Source: Batkoa obscura (taxonomy: Eukaryota). From it: a stretch of DNA of 64,000 nt. The notes under the pieces were generated by a model, which was not told where the DNA came from, made no database searches, and saw nothing but the letters and a program-made list of their open reading frames with translations. Every line of letters begins with the position of its first letter. The first letter of the stretch is position 1. Positions 1 to 12,318 of this stretch are shown here, piece after piece. The position numbers and the translations under genes were made by a program. The stretch covers positions 868,001 through 932,000 of the forward strand of contig JASVEC010000001.1 in the NCBI GenBank assembly GCA_030770535.1. The letters are read 5' to 3'.

Positions 1-64
1 TACTTTATTAAAGCGATAACACATGTAAATAGTATAGTAGTTCTATATATCATTTTTGTTTAAA

Positions 65-1033
65 TCATAATTCAGCAGTAGGCCTTTGAAATTCTACAAT
101 ACCATTATAAATATATTTGGACTCTATGTTTTCAAGGTGTAAAAGTTGGCTTCGAACATAGCGAACCATATAAGCTATTTGTTTTTCTTTAATTGAGCCT
201 TCACAAGTGGTGAAAAAATTTCTATTTAAAAAGTTAAATGAATTAAAACATGTAAAAAAAGGTTTAAGATTACCTCCAAAGTGCAGCTGCAAGCACAAGG
301 TCTGATTTACACATACCCTCGTCATAAGCTAAGTTAGATCCACGGAAAGACTGGATCATTTCCTTTACTGTTTTAACTACTATTCTTTCTGATTTGATCT
401 AGATATGAAGTTATATATTAAAAACTATTGATACTGACACAATTAATAACTTACTCCATAATCCCTAATCTTATGCTCTACGCCATTAAAAAACCTATTA
501 ACTAACATCTGGTTGGTAGCTCTACCATTAGGTTCTGCACGAATCCTAACCATAACCATCCATAAATGTAACTGAGTGATAGAAAACCAAGTTTGAAAGT
601 TATCAGGAAGTCCACAAACTATAAAGGTTAAAATCCCATTACTATTATTGTTAAATAAAAATAATATATTTCTTTACCTTCCACAAAGAACTCTTTGTTA
701 TCATCCAACATCTCTTCACATGAAGTATAAATCCCTTGTACCTGTCGAGTTAATACTACTTGAGGGATCTTGTGTAGGTTTAATTTAACAACTAGCTTTT
801 CATACCATGTTTTTGGGTTCTCAAAACCAATGATAGGGTGTTCCTCCTTTTTAGCAGCCAAGAGGGAAGTATTATGAAACGCTCTTGTTGAAGCTACCAT
901 TGTATTTACTGGTTTTATACTTGGGGTTAATGCTGTGAGAAGACACTGTTTTTGATACTATTAGTTTATGAATTCGTTACTTTTTATCTTTACTTACTTT
1001 GGATGTGGGTTTGTTGATTAAATTCGATTTCAT
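65..1033 (-). CDS. CBP3: Ubiquinol-cytochrome c reductase assembly chaperone Cbp3/UQCC1 (spliced, about 5 exons)
   Basis: Joined exons read CGLPDNFQTWFSITQLHLWMVMVRIRAE...FRGSNLAYDEGMCKSDLVLAAALWR/NFF...YMVRYVRSQL, the Cbp3 family signature. GT-AG introns; ATG at 1033, stop at 65. Confidence 0.9.
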
Positions 1034-1300
1034 TTTTTTAAAAGTTTAAATAAACAAGTATTTTTTTTGAAAAAATGAAGATTATTTTTGATTTTTAACT
1101 ATTAAGGTTTTTTTCGCTTGAAAATGATTGGCTTTTGATTTTGTGCAAATATGATTTTCAATGAATAAAAATGGGAAATTTTACGATTTTATTTGAATAT
1201 CTTTCTAAGCAATAATATTTCCACCTTATAATAAAATAAAATTTTATATGACAATAGTAATAAATAGTTTCATATTCATAATTTTTATTCAAAATATAAA

Positions 1301-4300
1301 TTAATTGAAAATTTTAATAGCTTTTTCTCCAAACCTTTGGAACCTAGAACTTTTATCCAAATGGTCCAACCCAAGTTGATGTTCTAAATTGAATTCAATT
1401 CCTTGCCATTCTTCATCTAATAAAATTGAAACAATAATTAATATTCATCATCCTTATTAAATAACCAAACGAACTAATTACCATTTTCAATATAACTAGA
1501 TTGTAAACTATATAAGCTATCCCCTACGACCGATGCTAACTTATATTTAGAAAATTCTTTTTCAGATACCCCTAATCGATTACTTAATCGTACTTTAAAG
1601 TCTTCAAATGGCTCATCCTAACAATTGTTGATAACTAAACAATATAAACAAAACAAACTCATTTACCTTCGATTTTTTAATTAGGAAAGGAGTACCATGG
1701 GTGCGAATTTCCTCTTTAGAAAAGTGAAATACAGGCACCAAAACATCTGATTCTTGGGTCTTACTATTTTCTGGTGTTATAGTCTAATAAAAAACATAAA
1801 TATACATTCAACAAAGCCAAGACTTTAACTTACTTCTGCATAAATCACTGCATGCTTACTAAGCTCTGAAACCAAAAGGTCCTCCTCAACAAAGCCAGTA
1901 AATCTTGATTGGTCTGCTTCATAGCATTGAATATTTTCCACTTTAATATTGGTTTCTTCAAGCTTTTCATAGAGCAATTCTAATACTTCTTTCATGCTTC
2001 CATCTTTTGGTACCAAAAGATCAAATGTGGTTTCATCTTTAATGCTATCACCTAAATAGACAACCTGTACATTTCTTTTAGATTCCAATTCAACTATAGT
2101 AACTTCAAGCAACTCATAGTATACTATACATGGTTGGTTGTACATATAATTATAGCGTAATATATTTTCTAATAGAGTTTGTGGAGCATAAGGTACCGGG
2201 GTGGATAAAAGGCTACGTGCACCATTTGGTGTATAAAGTCGAAGCTTAAGAGGGTCTACTTTTAATTTACTAGATAAAATACCAACAAACTGAGATATAA
2301 CATTAGTAAAAATTGAATCATTGATATAATTAACTTACTTCCTCATAAGTCAATTTTCTATTTAAACTTAAAATTATATCAGTTTTCGTATCCACTTGAT
2401 TGACATTGGAAGTAACAGCTTTGTCTTTAAAAGCAATTACCACTTGATTGCTTAAATTTTCAAAGTAACCTAAAATTCCTCCATTTTCATTATCGCTCAA
2501 TTTACTAAATAAGAATAAATATAATGAATAAAGTTATATAGTAATGATAATAACATACTTTTCAATTGCTTTTTGGAAACAGATGATATCCCCAGTAGTA
2601 ATATCGGCATTGGCTAAGGTAAGATCTAAAGGAATTGGTTCTACATAATTTTGTTTAACCTCCTAATAAATTAAATTGATTTAATAACATTATTGATTGG
2701 ATATTATTAATTTACATCAAACAAGTCTAGTGGTGTATTGGTGGGGAAATTCATATAGGTATTTAAGCAAGCAACAATTTCACTAAATGGAGTTGCTTTA
2801 CTTGCATAAAATTTCCCAATATAACTGAACTTTTTAATATTATTCATATATTTAATAAAGCAATATATTTACCTTAAATTTTTTCCCTCGTGGTCGTAGT
2901 ATTTAACCATCACTAGAATAACTTGTTCATTTTCAACATCAGGGAACACCTAGATAAAGTGTTAAATAAATACATGACAAACCAAATCAATACTTACTGG
3001 GTCTCTAGGGATGATGGAATTTAAAGTTTCAATATAGATTATCCCTGGCGAATATTCTCCAAAATACTTTTCTTTAAATTTACCGACACCTACAAATTAG
3101 TATTTATGTTTAATTGAAAAATAGGGATCAGCTTACTTAATTCTTCGACATGATCTATCAAAGAGGCAACCCTAAAAGTCTGATTTTCTCTTAAAACAAT
3201 TGACCATAAACGGAAAGTTCCTTCTTGAAGGACAGCGGTACCAGCAATATATTTTATAAGCTCATTTAAGCTGGATGCTTTGGGAAAAGATAAATTATAA
3301 AAGGAAGGTGGTATATTATAACTATCTGGTGATTCTAAAATTCCAAATCCATGATGACTTTTAATTTCTTCATCTGTCAGCACCTAAACAATATTAATCA
3401 AATTATCCAATAATAGCTAATAAGCTTTACTCTAAAATTAGCTTGAAGACCAAGTTCAGTTCTCTTCTTAGTAGCTGCAACAGCTGCTGCCTTTTCTTTG
3501 TCGATTCTTTCGACTATCAAATTTTAAATATTTATATATATATTATTATAATTAATTACGCAAGTGGTGAGGCACATCATCAATAGTAACCTCGCTAAGT
3601 ATTTCTTTTAATTTAGATTTACGAACATAAACTAACATATAAGCATTGCTAAACTTTTTCAAAAGTCGATGGTTTGGTCTCATTCCAGGGGTCAATGTCA
3701 TGCCTCCGGTATCTGATCCGAAACTCTCTTCAAACACTTCGTTATCTGTTGCAAAGGTGACTCTGTCATCATCAAATTTATACCTGGATTACTAAATAAA
3801 TATTTATGTTGTTAAAAATTTTATAATTAAAACATACCATTTGCCACCTGGAGTTGGTTTAAGAAGAGCAAAATAATGGCCCCCATGTAAATCACCGCTA
3901 TGTACTAGCACACCATGAAGTTGATATTCCCACGATTCTGAACGATCTGCTTCTTCCGAAAGGAAATCACCTAAATCAATAGAATCTGGGAACTCATAAC
4001 GGTCATTGATTTTAACCATCATATCACGCATAAAATCATAGTCAAATCGTTTTAATTGAAGGTGTAAAACCGGAGGAAAGCTTTCAAATATAACTCCTTT
4101 TTTAGCATCTTGAAGCCCATAACCTTCTGCCATATATTTGTTTTCTCCTTCTAACACTTCTACCTCAACATAATTCTCAAATGATTCTCGTACATTTTTA
4201 CACCCTTTTACATTCAATTGTATATCATAAAAATCTTCAGTTCTTGAAGATTCATATTTAACTTCTGTACATGTAATATAACTCTTCATTTTACCAACAA

Positions 4301-5383
4301 ATAATCTTTGAATAGCCCCCTCCGCTGCTGTTTTTTTCATCTTACCCTCAAGATTATCTTGTAAAACCCTATTAAATTCTTGTACATCATGCTGCATAAA
4401 CGAGTCCATCGTATCCCATCCAAAAGACTTGGTAAGCTCATTAGTACCAACCGATATGGATGAATTTTGCAATTGATAAAACACTCTTTGAAGTGCCAAA
4501 GCTACACTGTTATTTGGGTCATCGTTTTCGGTTGGTATTCTAAACACCGCTTTTCGAAAGTAGTTTGTAAAATAAAGAGACTGTAATAAAGAATTCATAT
4601 AACAAGTAGCACCTTGATTCAATAACCCAACATACCCAGTAGCTTTCTTTGAATCGTAATTATTGTAGTTACTCCAAAGATAACCTGTAGGATCCTTGAC
4701 TACTCTCACGTAAAGCGCAATGACTAAAGAATCGTTTTCCATAAGTGGTTTTGACTTTCCGTTCATCTTGGTATTCAAAGCTCTTTTATCAAATAATTTC
4801 CCATACCCCCAATCCGCTTCCTGCTTTGTAAAACGATGATGAGCCTCATGTTTTGTATATACACTATTGTCCTCTTTATTGGCTATAATTAGTAAAAATT
4901 GGGCACAGATAGACCATTGATCATCAGCGTCTTCCGGTGGTATTACTTCGGCAAATAAAGACATGGGCCCGATCCCCCCTTGATTGCCGTTAGGAAATAA
5001 TAAGGCTCGCCTTTTGATGTTAGTTAATAAACCTTTTTATCAAATTAAATTTATTCAATACCATTTAAGCCCCCCACATTCTACCTCTGGTCCCCCTATT
5101 TTAGTTGGTAATGCTGAAAAGTTGTCAATAGTCCAGATCGTGTAGGCAGACTGAATCACATCATAACCCGATTGGGGTAGATTTTTGTCAAAAAAATGCT
5201 CTAAATAAAGTTAATATTTTACATGGAATTAATTGGAATTTAACTACCATCAAGCATAACTTGCTCCTGTTCCGGTTCAGGTATTAAAGAATTGAACTCT
5301 CTAGAGTTATCAGATATATCTGGTGAAGAGTCCTAAAGGTCTATTAATATTTATAAGTCAATATTCTTTTTAAATATTACCAT
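1301..5383 (-). CDS. UBP15: Ubiquitin-specific protease USP7/Ubp15 (MATH + UCH + C-terminal Ubl domains), many introns
   Basis: MATH motif HHRFTKQEADWGY, Cys box GLLNQGATCYMNSLLQ, QHDVQEF, His box HSGDLHGGHY, C-terminus LGLDH...GEKAIKIFN*. The start is inferred as an ATG-only first exon at 5383. Confidence 0.93.
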
Positions 5384-5962
5384 TATTTATAACTATCTTT
5401 TTTAATTATCTAAAAAACTAAAGTTGGATTAAATAAGTTTTGGTACAAGTTTTGAACTGGTTGGTTATTAATAGCGTCATAAGCTGAAGTTAACTTTATC
5501 TCTATTGGTTAGTTTAATTTTTTGTTCTAAGCTTTTCTTAGCTGCAGTTTTTATTTAATTTAGTATATTGACTGTACAGAAATAAACTCTCATATGGCTA
5601 TAGTAAATTGTTATTTAATTGCTATAGAAGTTAAAAAACAGTTTACAACTTATTTTGGTATTTTAATATGGCTTGTAAAACTAAATAAATAATTCTGTAC
5701 TTTATGTCATGTTCAATTAAACAATTTTATTACTGATTTTATGATTAATTTTTAAAAATTTGTCAATTTTAAACTTAAAGTATAATTTGTAAAATTCTAT
5801 AATAAATCAATGACAAAGATAAAATGGTAGAAAAGTATAATGATAATGAAAATATAATGTAATCATAATACTTTGTCGCTTACCTAGTTTCAATACTTTG
5901 ATAGTTATCCAATTTTTCTGGATCTTTGTAAAATTTTCTGTATACGATTTTTTTAAATATTA

Positions 5963-6060
5963 GGGGATGTTTTTTTTGGTTTCATCACTTTTTCCATTTT
6001 TTGAGCGTTATTGAGCGGAAAGATTGCTAGTGAAATCCTTAAACAAAGAAACACATCTCC
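5963..6060. mobile_element. ~100-bp MITE family A (Sola-like), copy 1
   Basis: GGGGATGT...ACATCTCC termini, TSD ATTA/ATTA; homologous to 15 other copies. Confidence 0.85.
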
Positions 6061-6246
6061 ATTATTTTAATTTATTTGCTTGATAGTTTCGAATTTTCAT
6101 AATATTAAAAGTCAAAAACACAAACTAGTTGCACCATTAAAACCATTTAGTTCATAAATTTTAAGTTTTTTTGTTAAATAAAATATAAAAATCACTACTT
6201 TAAAATAAATGCCTTCCATTTAAAGAACAAATCATTAAATAAATCA

Positions 6247-6317
6247 TGCGTAAACTGGGAATCGAACCCAGGCCACTTCTTTGGAAGAGAAGTATTCTAC
6301 CTCTATACTATTTACGC
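6247..6317 (-). tRNA. tRNA-Gly (anticodon TCC)
   Basis: Reverse complement GCGTAAATAGTATAGAGGTAGAATACTTCT-CTTCCAA-AGAAGTGGCCTGGGTTCGATTCCCAGTTTACGCA gives a 7-bp acceptor stem, anticodon stem CTTCT/AGAAG and T-loop GTTCGATTC. Confidence 0.96.
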
Positions 6318-6397
6318 CGTCACATACGATTTGTATTTGTGAAATAATTTTATTGCAATCAAATTATAGGTTAACTGCTAGCTATATCAATGAATAT

Positions 6398-6494
6398 GGG
6401 GATCTATCTGCGTTTAAGAATTTTACTAGCAATCTTTCCGCTCAAATAGCGCTTGAAAGATGGAAAAGGTGGTGGAGCCAAAAAAAATACCCCC
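6398..6494. mobile_element. MITE family A, copy 2 (opposite orientation to copy 1)
   Basis: GGGGATCT...TACCCCC with core TTTCCGCTCAAATAGCGCTT. Confidence 0.8.
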
Positions 6495-7079
6495 TTACCT
6501 TATCAGAAATAATAGCAATTTATAAGATTTATAAAGTAATCTACCTTTTTTTGTGATGCGAATGGTAAAAGTAACTAACTAACTGCAACTATAAGATCGA
6601 TTTTTGAAAAATTTGACTTGCCTATCAAAAAAAGGAATTGCAACCAAAAGAACATTATTAATTATAACAATCGAATAACGCTCTCCGCTATAATATTAGT
6701 CTTTAATCTTTTCAAGAGCTATTTTGAGCTAATAAAAAGTATCTAACGTCATATTATCCACGATTATGGAATAGGGCTAATACTTTTATTTATGGTAGAA
6801 GTAAAATCAAAATTTTTTAGGCAAAAATAATTCTTTATTAGAGATTTTAGAAGATGAAATGGCCATTGTAGCTTATAGCCTATTTTTTGCATAGAGCAAA
6901 AAAGTCAGTTACTTTGAGTTATCCTATACATTTATAAAATTCAAACCTCCAAGAAGTTAAAAAACAGTTTTTATTTATACAATAATTTACATATGATAGC
7001 GTAGCTAAATCATAGTAGATATTTCAAATATGTGCGAAAAAGTAGAGAAGATAAAGACTATGAAAACATCTTAAATGAG

Positions 7080-10000
7080 TTAAGAAATTGAGTTTTTCCT
7101 TGAGATAGGGGAGGGGAAGGCATTAATATCAAAGGGATTAAAGTAATTGGACCAATTAAACCAAGATTGAAAGTTGTTATTATTTGTGGTTGAATGTAAT
7201 ACCTTACTGATATTAGATTGGAACAGCTTAATCAAATTTTGAGATAATATGCTGCTATCAATAGCTGCTACAATGCCATTGGTAGCATCCTCAGCAATAG
7301 TACCATTTTCGTTAATGATATCCAACTTAACCTTAGGTTTTGGTAACTGATGGCGTTGATTCGTTAGATTACATAACTTTTCTACAAAGGCGGTGATCTC
7401 TATTAATTGATTCTCAAATTGATTGTTTGCATTGAGGATGTTAATATGCTTGTCTTTGATTTCAATTAACTTCAAAGATTCACAATTTTTTATGGCCAAA
7501 TGAATGAATTCTTTACTAATGGATTCCTTATAATGTAAATAATTGTTATGGATTCCATTGTAGATAACGTGTTGTATCATAGTATAAAATTGATCATAGC
7601 TCATGTTTTGATTCTGTTTTAAGCTTGATAGGCCTGCCAATACGATCCAGAAAGTGTCGAGCTTAGAATGTAATAAGGTCAATAAGATATGGAAGTAATC
7701 CATGGTATTTGGAGAGATATTCATGATGATAAATTGATCCAATAGTTGAATATAATTGCATTTAGTGAATTTATTAAATAACATTTCAATAGTATATTGC
7801 TTTAAATAAATGATGATTTCAGGATACAAGTTGAGAATTAATTTAATGATTTTGTTGAATTCTATCTCCACCTGTTGTTTAGTTATAAATCCTTGATATT
7901 CTGGCTGACTTGAATATTTTTTATGGGTATAATAATAACTCAATATAAAGATAGACTCAAATAAAAAGATGGGAATAATTGGCTTCGTTAATAAATTCAG
8001 GTATAATATGGAATCAATATTATCATTTAAGTAAACTCGGTTCACTTTGTAATTTAATAAGCCATCGACTTCCTCATTATCTTCATTATCTTCCTCCCCT
8101 AACTTAATTGTAAGATGTTGCTCTCCAATTAAATTTAAAGCATAATTCAACACAGCGCTACTATCTTCATTCTCATTAAAATCCAAATTAAAGCCCAAGT
8201 TAAATAACTCTTTTTTAAATAAAGTCAAATAGTTCTGAATTTTATTTGAAGAGATTCCATCCTTGTTATTACGATAACTTAATAACACTAATGATATCAA
8301 ATTGATTGGTGATATCAATTGATTTTGACATTGCCAGGATTGGATCATATAACTGGAATGGGTCAAACTTAAGTCATTGTTGTCCATCATTTTCAATTGC
8401 TCTATTTTCATCTTTAAGTTGTTACGTTCTATAGGGTTCCCTATTGTTACCATAATCTTACTATTCTTTTGATCCTTAAATAATTGAATTGAATTGTTAT
8501 TATTGTTTGTTTCTTTGTTAGCTATATTACTATTCTTATCACTGTTTTTGGATATAGCTTTATTCTCATCATTAGTGTTATTATTATTGGTATTGTTGTA
8601 TAACTCATTTATTAAATAATTATTATCATAATACATTTCATAATTGATAGAAATAGGGACTAATAAAATGTTTTGATTATTCAATTGTTCATTATTAATA
8701 ATATTATTAAACAAATCATCGTATTGTTTTAAATCGACCATATCTTCTAATAACTTTGTATAGTCTTTAATTTGCTCGTTGCTACTATAAATTAAATCAT
8801 TTAAAAATAAACAGATGGAATTGCTATTGTTATTGTTTGTGCTATTATTATTATCGTTCAATAACTTAACTAAATAAGTTTGTATTAATAGTTGTACTAA
8901 CTGCTCATCATTATTAAATTGTTTGAATAATAACTTATTGTATATAATTCCCTGTTTGACTTTATAATATAATAGTTTATAACTCTGCTCAATACTTAAG
9001 ATTGGTAATGGTAAATTATAATGATAGCAGATATAAGTTAATAAATTAAAATCCAAAGAAGAAGTATGATTTGGTAGGTAAATTACTTTGACTGAGTTTT
9101 GATTATTTTGATTATTATACGAATAAATCATTTGCTTTAACTTCACTATATTATTCTTGTTGATGAGGATCGTTTGATATTTTAAAAAGGAGGTTATATT
9201 ATTAATTAGTTTTTCTGGTTCAATGCTATTTTCAATGACTAATAGCTCCTTTAAGATTCGATTTTGATACTTCTTACTATCTTCAGTATAGTTTTGTTTC
9301 AAATAGTTCACTACTGCTGAATCGTGGATCACTTTACTCCTTAAATTAACTAAACTAGATTTATCATATAATGCTAAATTATTGTTATCAAATATTAAAT
9401 CTAAATCTTCCTTATCATCGGTGCTATTATTATTATTTAAATACTTGATATCTTCCCACCCTTCAATTAAGTAATCTTTCCTCAGCGTGGGATCTTCATT
9501 GAGTACAAAGTAAGACATACCATAACAAAAATTCATAATATAATCTTTCCAGTTTAAATTAACAATATCATCTGTTGAAATGTCCCTGCTTAGAATAGTA
9601 TTTATTTGGTTCTTCTGATTCTTTTGCAGTTGTAATAAACTGAAATTTTGAAAGTACCAAGTATTAATCATAAAATGTTTAAAGCAATGATATAGAAAAT
9701 CCAACTTTGGTTTTGCTTTCTTTAAATTCTCTGCTTTTTGTTTATCTTTGACCGTATTGATCATTGACAACGCCTTGAACTTATAGTTTTGTTTTATCAG
9801 AAGCATCGCGTCATGCTCCATGTCATTTGAGTATTTATGAAATGTTGGCGTAAATAAGCGCTTCTTTAACGCCGGTAATTTGAGCCAAGAATTGACCACG
9901 TAGTTTCCGAAATCCAACCAAGTGATTGGATTGAGGCCTGATGACGAAGCATGATAAATTTTAGGGTAAACAACTTCCTCAGTGTCAATCTTTATCTTAC

Positions 10001-11027
10001 TATCCAAATCCTTAATCTGTCCTGTTTTATCTGCATAACTGGTATTGAATTCAGTTCCTGGTTTACTATTGAACTCATAGCATGCTTTCAATACTATTTT
10101 TGCCAGATAATCCACCGGTACCAGATCTAATACCGAATCCCTTGGACCAGGGGTAGAGTCCAAGATTCCTAATCCAATATACATAGCTATAGCGTTGGCA
10201 GCTGCCACACCATCAACCCAACCGGGAACGGGATCATAAGCGGTGGAAGTGACCACCGTTGGTCTGACAATAGCCAAATTAAATGCTTTTCTACCATTAA
10301 CTATCTCCCTTTGCTTCATTTCTTCAGCCTTAATCAAGATCATATTCTCCGCCAATGATTTGGTGAATGTATAGGTATTTGGATAACACGTTAATATTTT
10401 GTCTGTGAATTGTTTGATCTGTTCCAAGTCCATATTTTGTATCTGCTCGACGAGTTCTTTTACATCACCAAAGATCATAGGATAAATGCGCTCATAAATT
10501 TCCTTCTCTTTACGATTGGAATTCACATATGCTGTGGATACATGCACAAAGCCATCAAAGTTGTGACACTGATCCGCTATTTCGACAAGCTGTAAGGTAC
10601 CCAAAGTGTTTAGTTTCAATGAGCGATCCAAGCGCTCATTGAAGTCCACCGTAGCTGCGCAATGTATGATAATATTCAAATCATCTTTTAACATCTTTAG
10701 ATCATTATCTTGAATCCCCAAACCAGGCAAAGAAATATCACCCTGAATTGGTATAAGCTTTGGAAGGATTAAATGGTAGAATTGTTTAATTGATAGATGA
10801 TCTTTTAATACGTTGAATAGTTTGTTGCTTAAGATCTCGTCCACAATACGCTGCTTAATGCTCTTGCCTTTTTTTTCTCGAATCAATAAGTAGACCTTTT
10901 CGATATGTACATAGTGGTCACGTAGTATCAATTCTAATATACATTTGCCTACAAATCCAGTACCGCCTGTTAATAGTATGCTCTTCCCGTGTAAGAAGGA
11001 AGAGTCCAAAGGGAATTTATTCACCAT
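7080..11027 (-). CDS. Fatty acyl-CoA reductase (NAD_binding_4 + Sterile) fused to a GPAT/DHAPAT-like acyltransferase domain (FARAT-like), intronless, 1315 aa
   Basis: FAR motifs TGGTGFVG, IIHCAATVDF, HVSTAYVN, YPNTYTFTK, IVRPTVV, PVPGW, DLVPVD. The C-terminal half has YLPNHTSSLDF (HxxxxD) and LVPISINYE, typical of GPAT/DHAPAT. Confidence 0.88.
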   Translation of the reverse strand: MVNKFPLDSSFLHGKSILLTGGTGFVGKCILELILRDHYVHIEKVYLLIREKKGKSIKQRIVDEILSNKLFNVLKDHLSIKQFYHLILPKLIPIQGDISLPGLGIQDNDLKMLKDDLNIIIHCAATVDFNERLDRSLKLNTLGTLQLVEIADQCHNFDGFVHVSTAYVNSNRKEKEIYERIYPMIFGDVKELVEQIQNMDLEQIKQFTDKILTCYPNTYTFTKSLAENMILIKAEEMKQREIVNGRKAFNLAIVRPTVVTSTAYDPVPGWVDGVAAANAIAMYIGLGILDSTPGPRDSVLDLVPVDYLAKIVLKACYEFNSKPGTEFNTSYADKTGQIKDLDSKIKIDTEEVVYPKIYHASSSGLNPITWLDFGNYVVNSWLKLPALKKRLFTPTFHKYSNDMEHDAMLLIKQNYKFKALSMINTVKDKQKAENLKKAKPKLDFLYHCFKHFMINTWYFQNFSLLQLQKNQKNQINTILSRDISTDDIVNLNWKDYIMNFCYGMSYFVLNEDPTLRKDYLIEGWEDIKYLNNNNSTDDKEDLDLIFDNNNLALYDKSSLVNLRSKVIHDSAVVNYLKQNYTEDSKKYQNRILKELLVIENSIEPEKLINNITSFLKYQTILINKNNIVKLKQMIYSYNNQNNQNSVKVIYLPNHTSSLDFNLLTYICYHYNLPLPILSIEQSYKLLYYKVKQGIIYNKLLFKQFNNDEQLVQLLIQTYLVKLLNDNNNSTNNNNSNSICLFLNDLIYSSNEQIKDYTKLLEDMVDLKQYDDLFNNIINNEQLNNQNILLVPISINYEMYYDNNYLINELYNNTNNNNTNDENKAISKNSDKNSNIANKETNNNNNSIQLFKDQKNSKIMVTIGNPIERNNLKMKIEQLKMMDNNDLSLTHSSYMIQSWQCQNQLISPINLISLVLLSYRNNKDGISSNKIQNYLTLFKKELFNLGFNLDFNENEDSSAVLNYALNLIGEQHLTIKLGEEDNEDNEEVDGLLNYKVNRVYLNDNIDSILYLNLLTKPIIPIFLFESIFILSYYYTHKKYSSQPEYQGFITKQQVEIEFNKIIKLILNLYPEIIIYLKQYTIEMLFNKFTKCNYIQLLDQFIIMNISPNTMDYFHILLTLLHSKLDTFWIVLAGLSSLKQNQNMSYDQFYTMIQHVIYNGIHNNYLHYKESISKEFIHLAIKNCESLKLIEIKDKHINILNANNQFENQLIEITAFVEKLCNLTNQRHQLPKPKVKLDIINENGTIAEDATNGIVAAIDSSILSQNLIKLFQSNISKVLHSTTNNNNFQSWFNWSNYFNPFDINAFPSPISRKNSIS

Positions 11028-12219
11028 ACTTTTGATTAATTATAAATTATGACTGACAAATATTTCGAGTTATTTATAAAATAGAAAGAGTTAAAGTTAA
11101 AAGTTTATCTTTTTGGCATCATTATATTATCTTTTGTTGTTTTATTATTCTTAAATTTTAGCGGCTCTTAATCAATTTCTATTATAATTATTGTAATAAA
11201 AATTGTTGGTAATACTAATTCTATTAATTTTAGCTTTATCCAGCAGAAGCTTCCTCTCTTTTTAATTAATTTCACACCTCCCATTCTTTTATTTCTAAAT
11301 ACCAACTTGCTTGTTAAGTTATCCTAGAATATTGGCATTAATTATCGTAAAGAGGGCCTTATGATTTTTAATTGTATGCTAATTGATGAAGATAAAAATA
11401 GATTAAACTGGGCTATTATTATATAAAAGTAAAAATGTTCTTTAAGCAGTTGTTAATTGCTTGAAAATTTTAGTTAAAGGAAATTTTGTGTCACTTTAAT
11501 TTGGTATTTCTTTTTAAGGATTTCTCTGCCTTCTTTTTTCTAAAAATCAAGTTTAAAGCACAGAGTTTTTTAAGGCTCAAAAAAAGCTAATCTTACTTAT
11601 CATTACTTATTGTTGTTTAAACCTGAACACAATAAATTTCCACCTAAAACTAACAACATAGACTACAAGTTCATTTACATAGTGCTTAATCCTATTTCAT
11701 CAACTTTTTTTTGTTCCAATTACTACTTTAGTAGCCTTAAAATTTAATGTATATGGCCAAGTTTAAAATAAAAGTTGCTTGTTGCATAAAAGTCTAAAAT
11801 GATAAAATATTTTTTTCATCCAAAAAGTAACTTTTATTTTGAACTTGGTTGTTGTGGCGTTTTTTTAACTTTTTTCAATTTTCAAGCTCGAAAATAATTT
11901 AGGTTGTCAACTGAATTTTTCAGAAATAAAATAATTAGCTTTGAAATTGTAAATAAGTTTATAAAATGAATTTTACAAAATAGTTGATGATAAATCTATA
12001 TATTCTAAAATTTTAATTTTTTTTAAAGAATATTATTAATACAATATAAGGAAAGTTTATTAGCAAAATAATTAAAGAAATTTTAAATAAAAAATTAAAT
12101 ATTAGTTTAATACTTAATATTTAATATGATTTGTAAAATAATTTGCTGTACCATATATTAAAATAAAAATGCATTATAACTAATGTACAGCTAGCTAGCT
12201 TTATAAAATTTTAGTAATT

Positions 12220-12318
12220 GAGGATGTATTTTTTTGTTTGAAAATCTTGCTAACAATTTTTCCACTCAAATAGCACTTAAAGAATGGAAAAAGTAATGAA
12301 ATAAAAAAAAACATCACC
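12220..12318. mobile_element. MITE family A, copy 3
   Basis: GAGGATGT...ACATCACC, TSD AATT/AATT. Confidence 0.82.

Noticed and set aside
5963..6494. Composite transposon carrying tRNA-Gly
   Set aside because: The outer flanks (ATTA/TTAC) do not match and the left MITE has its own TSD.
6281..6556. 91-aa ORF
   Set aside because: It overlaps the tRNA antisense and a MITE; chance ORF. The same applies to ORFs 46503-46703 and 51837-52034, which lie in MITEs.
10410..10595. Short antisense ORFs inside long genes (also 40459-40647, 40999-41187, 61770-62057) and the same-strand alternate-frame ORF 32964-33179
   Set aside because: No independent coding evidence; shadows of real CDSs.
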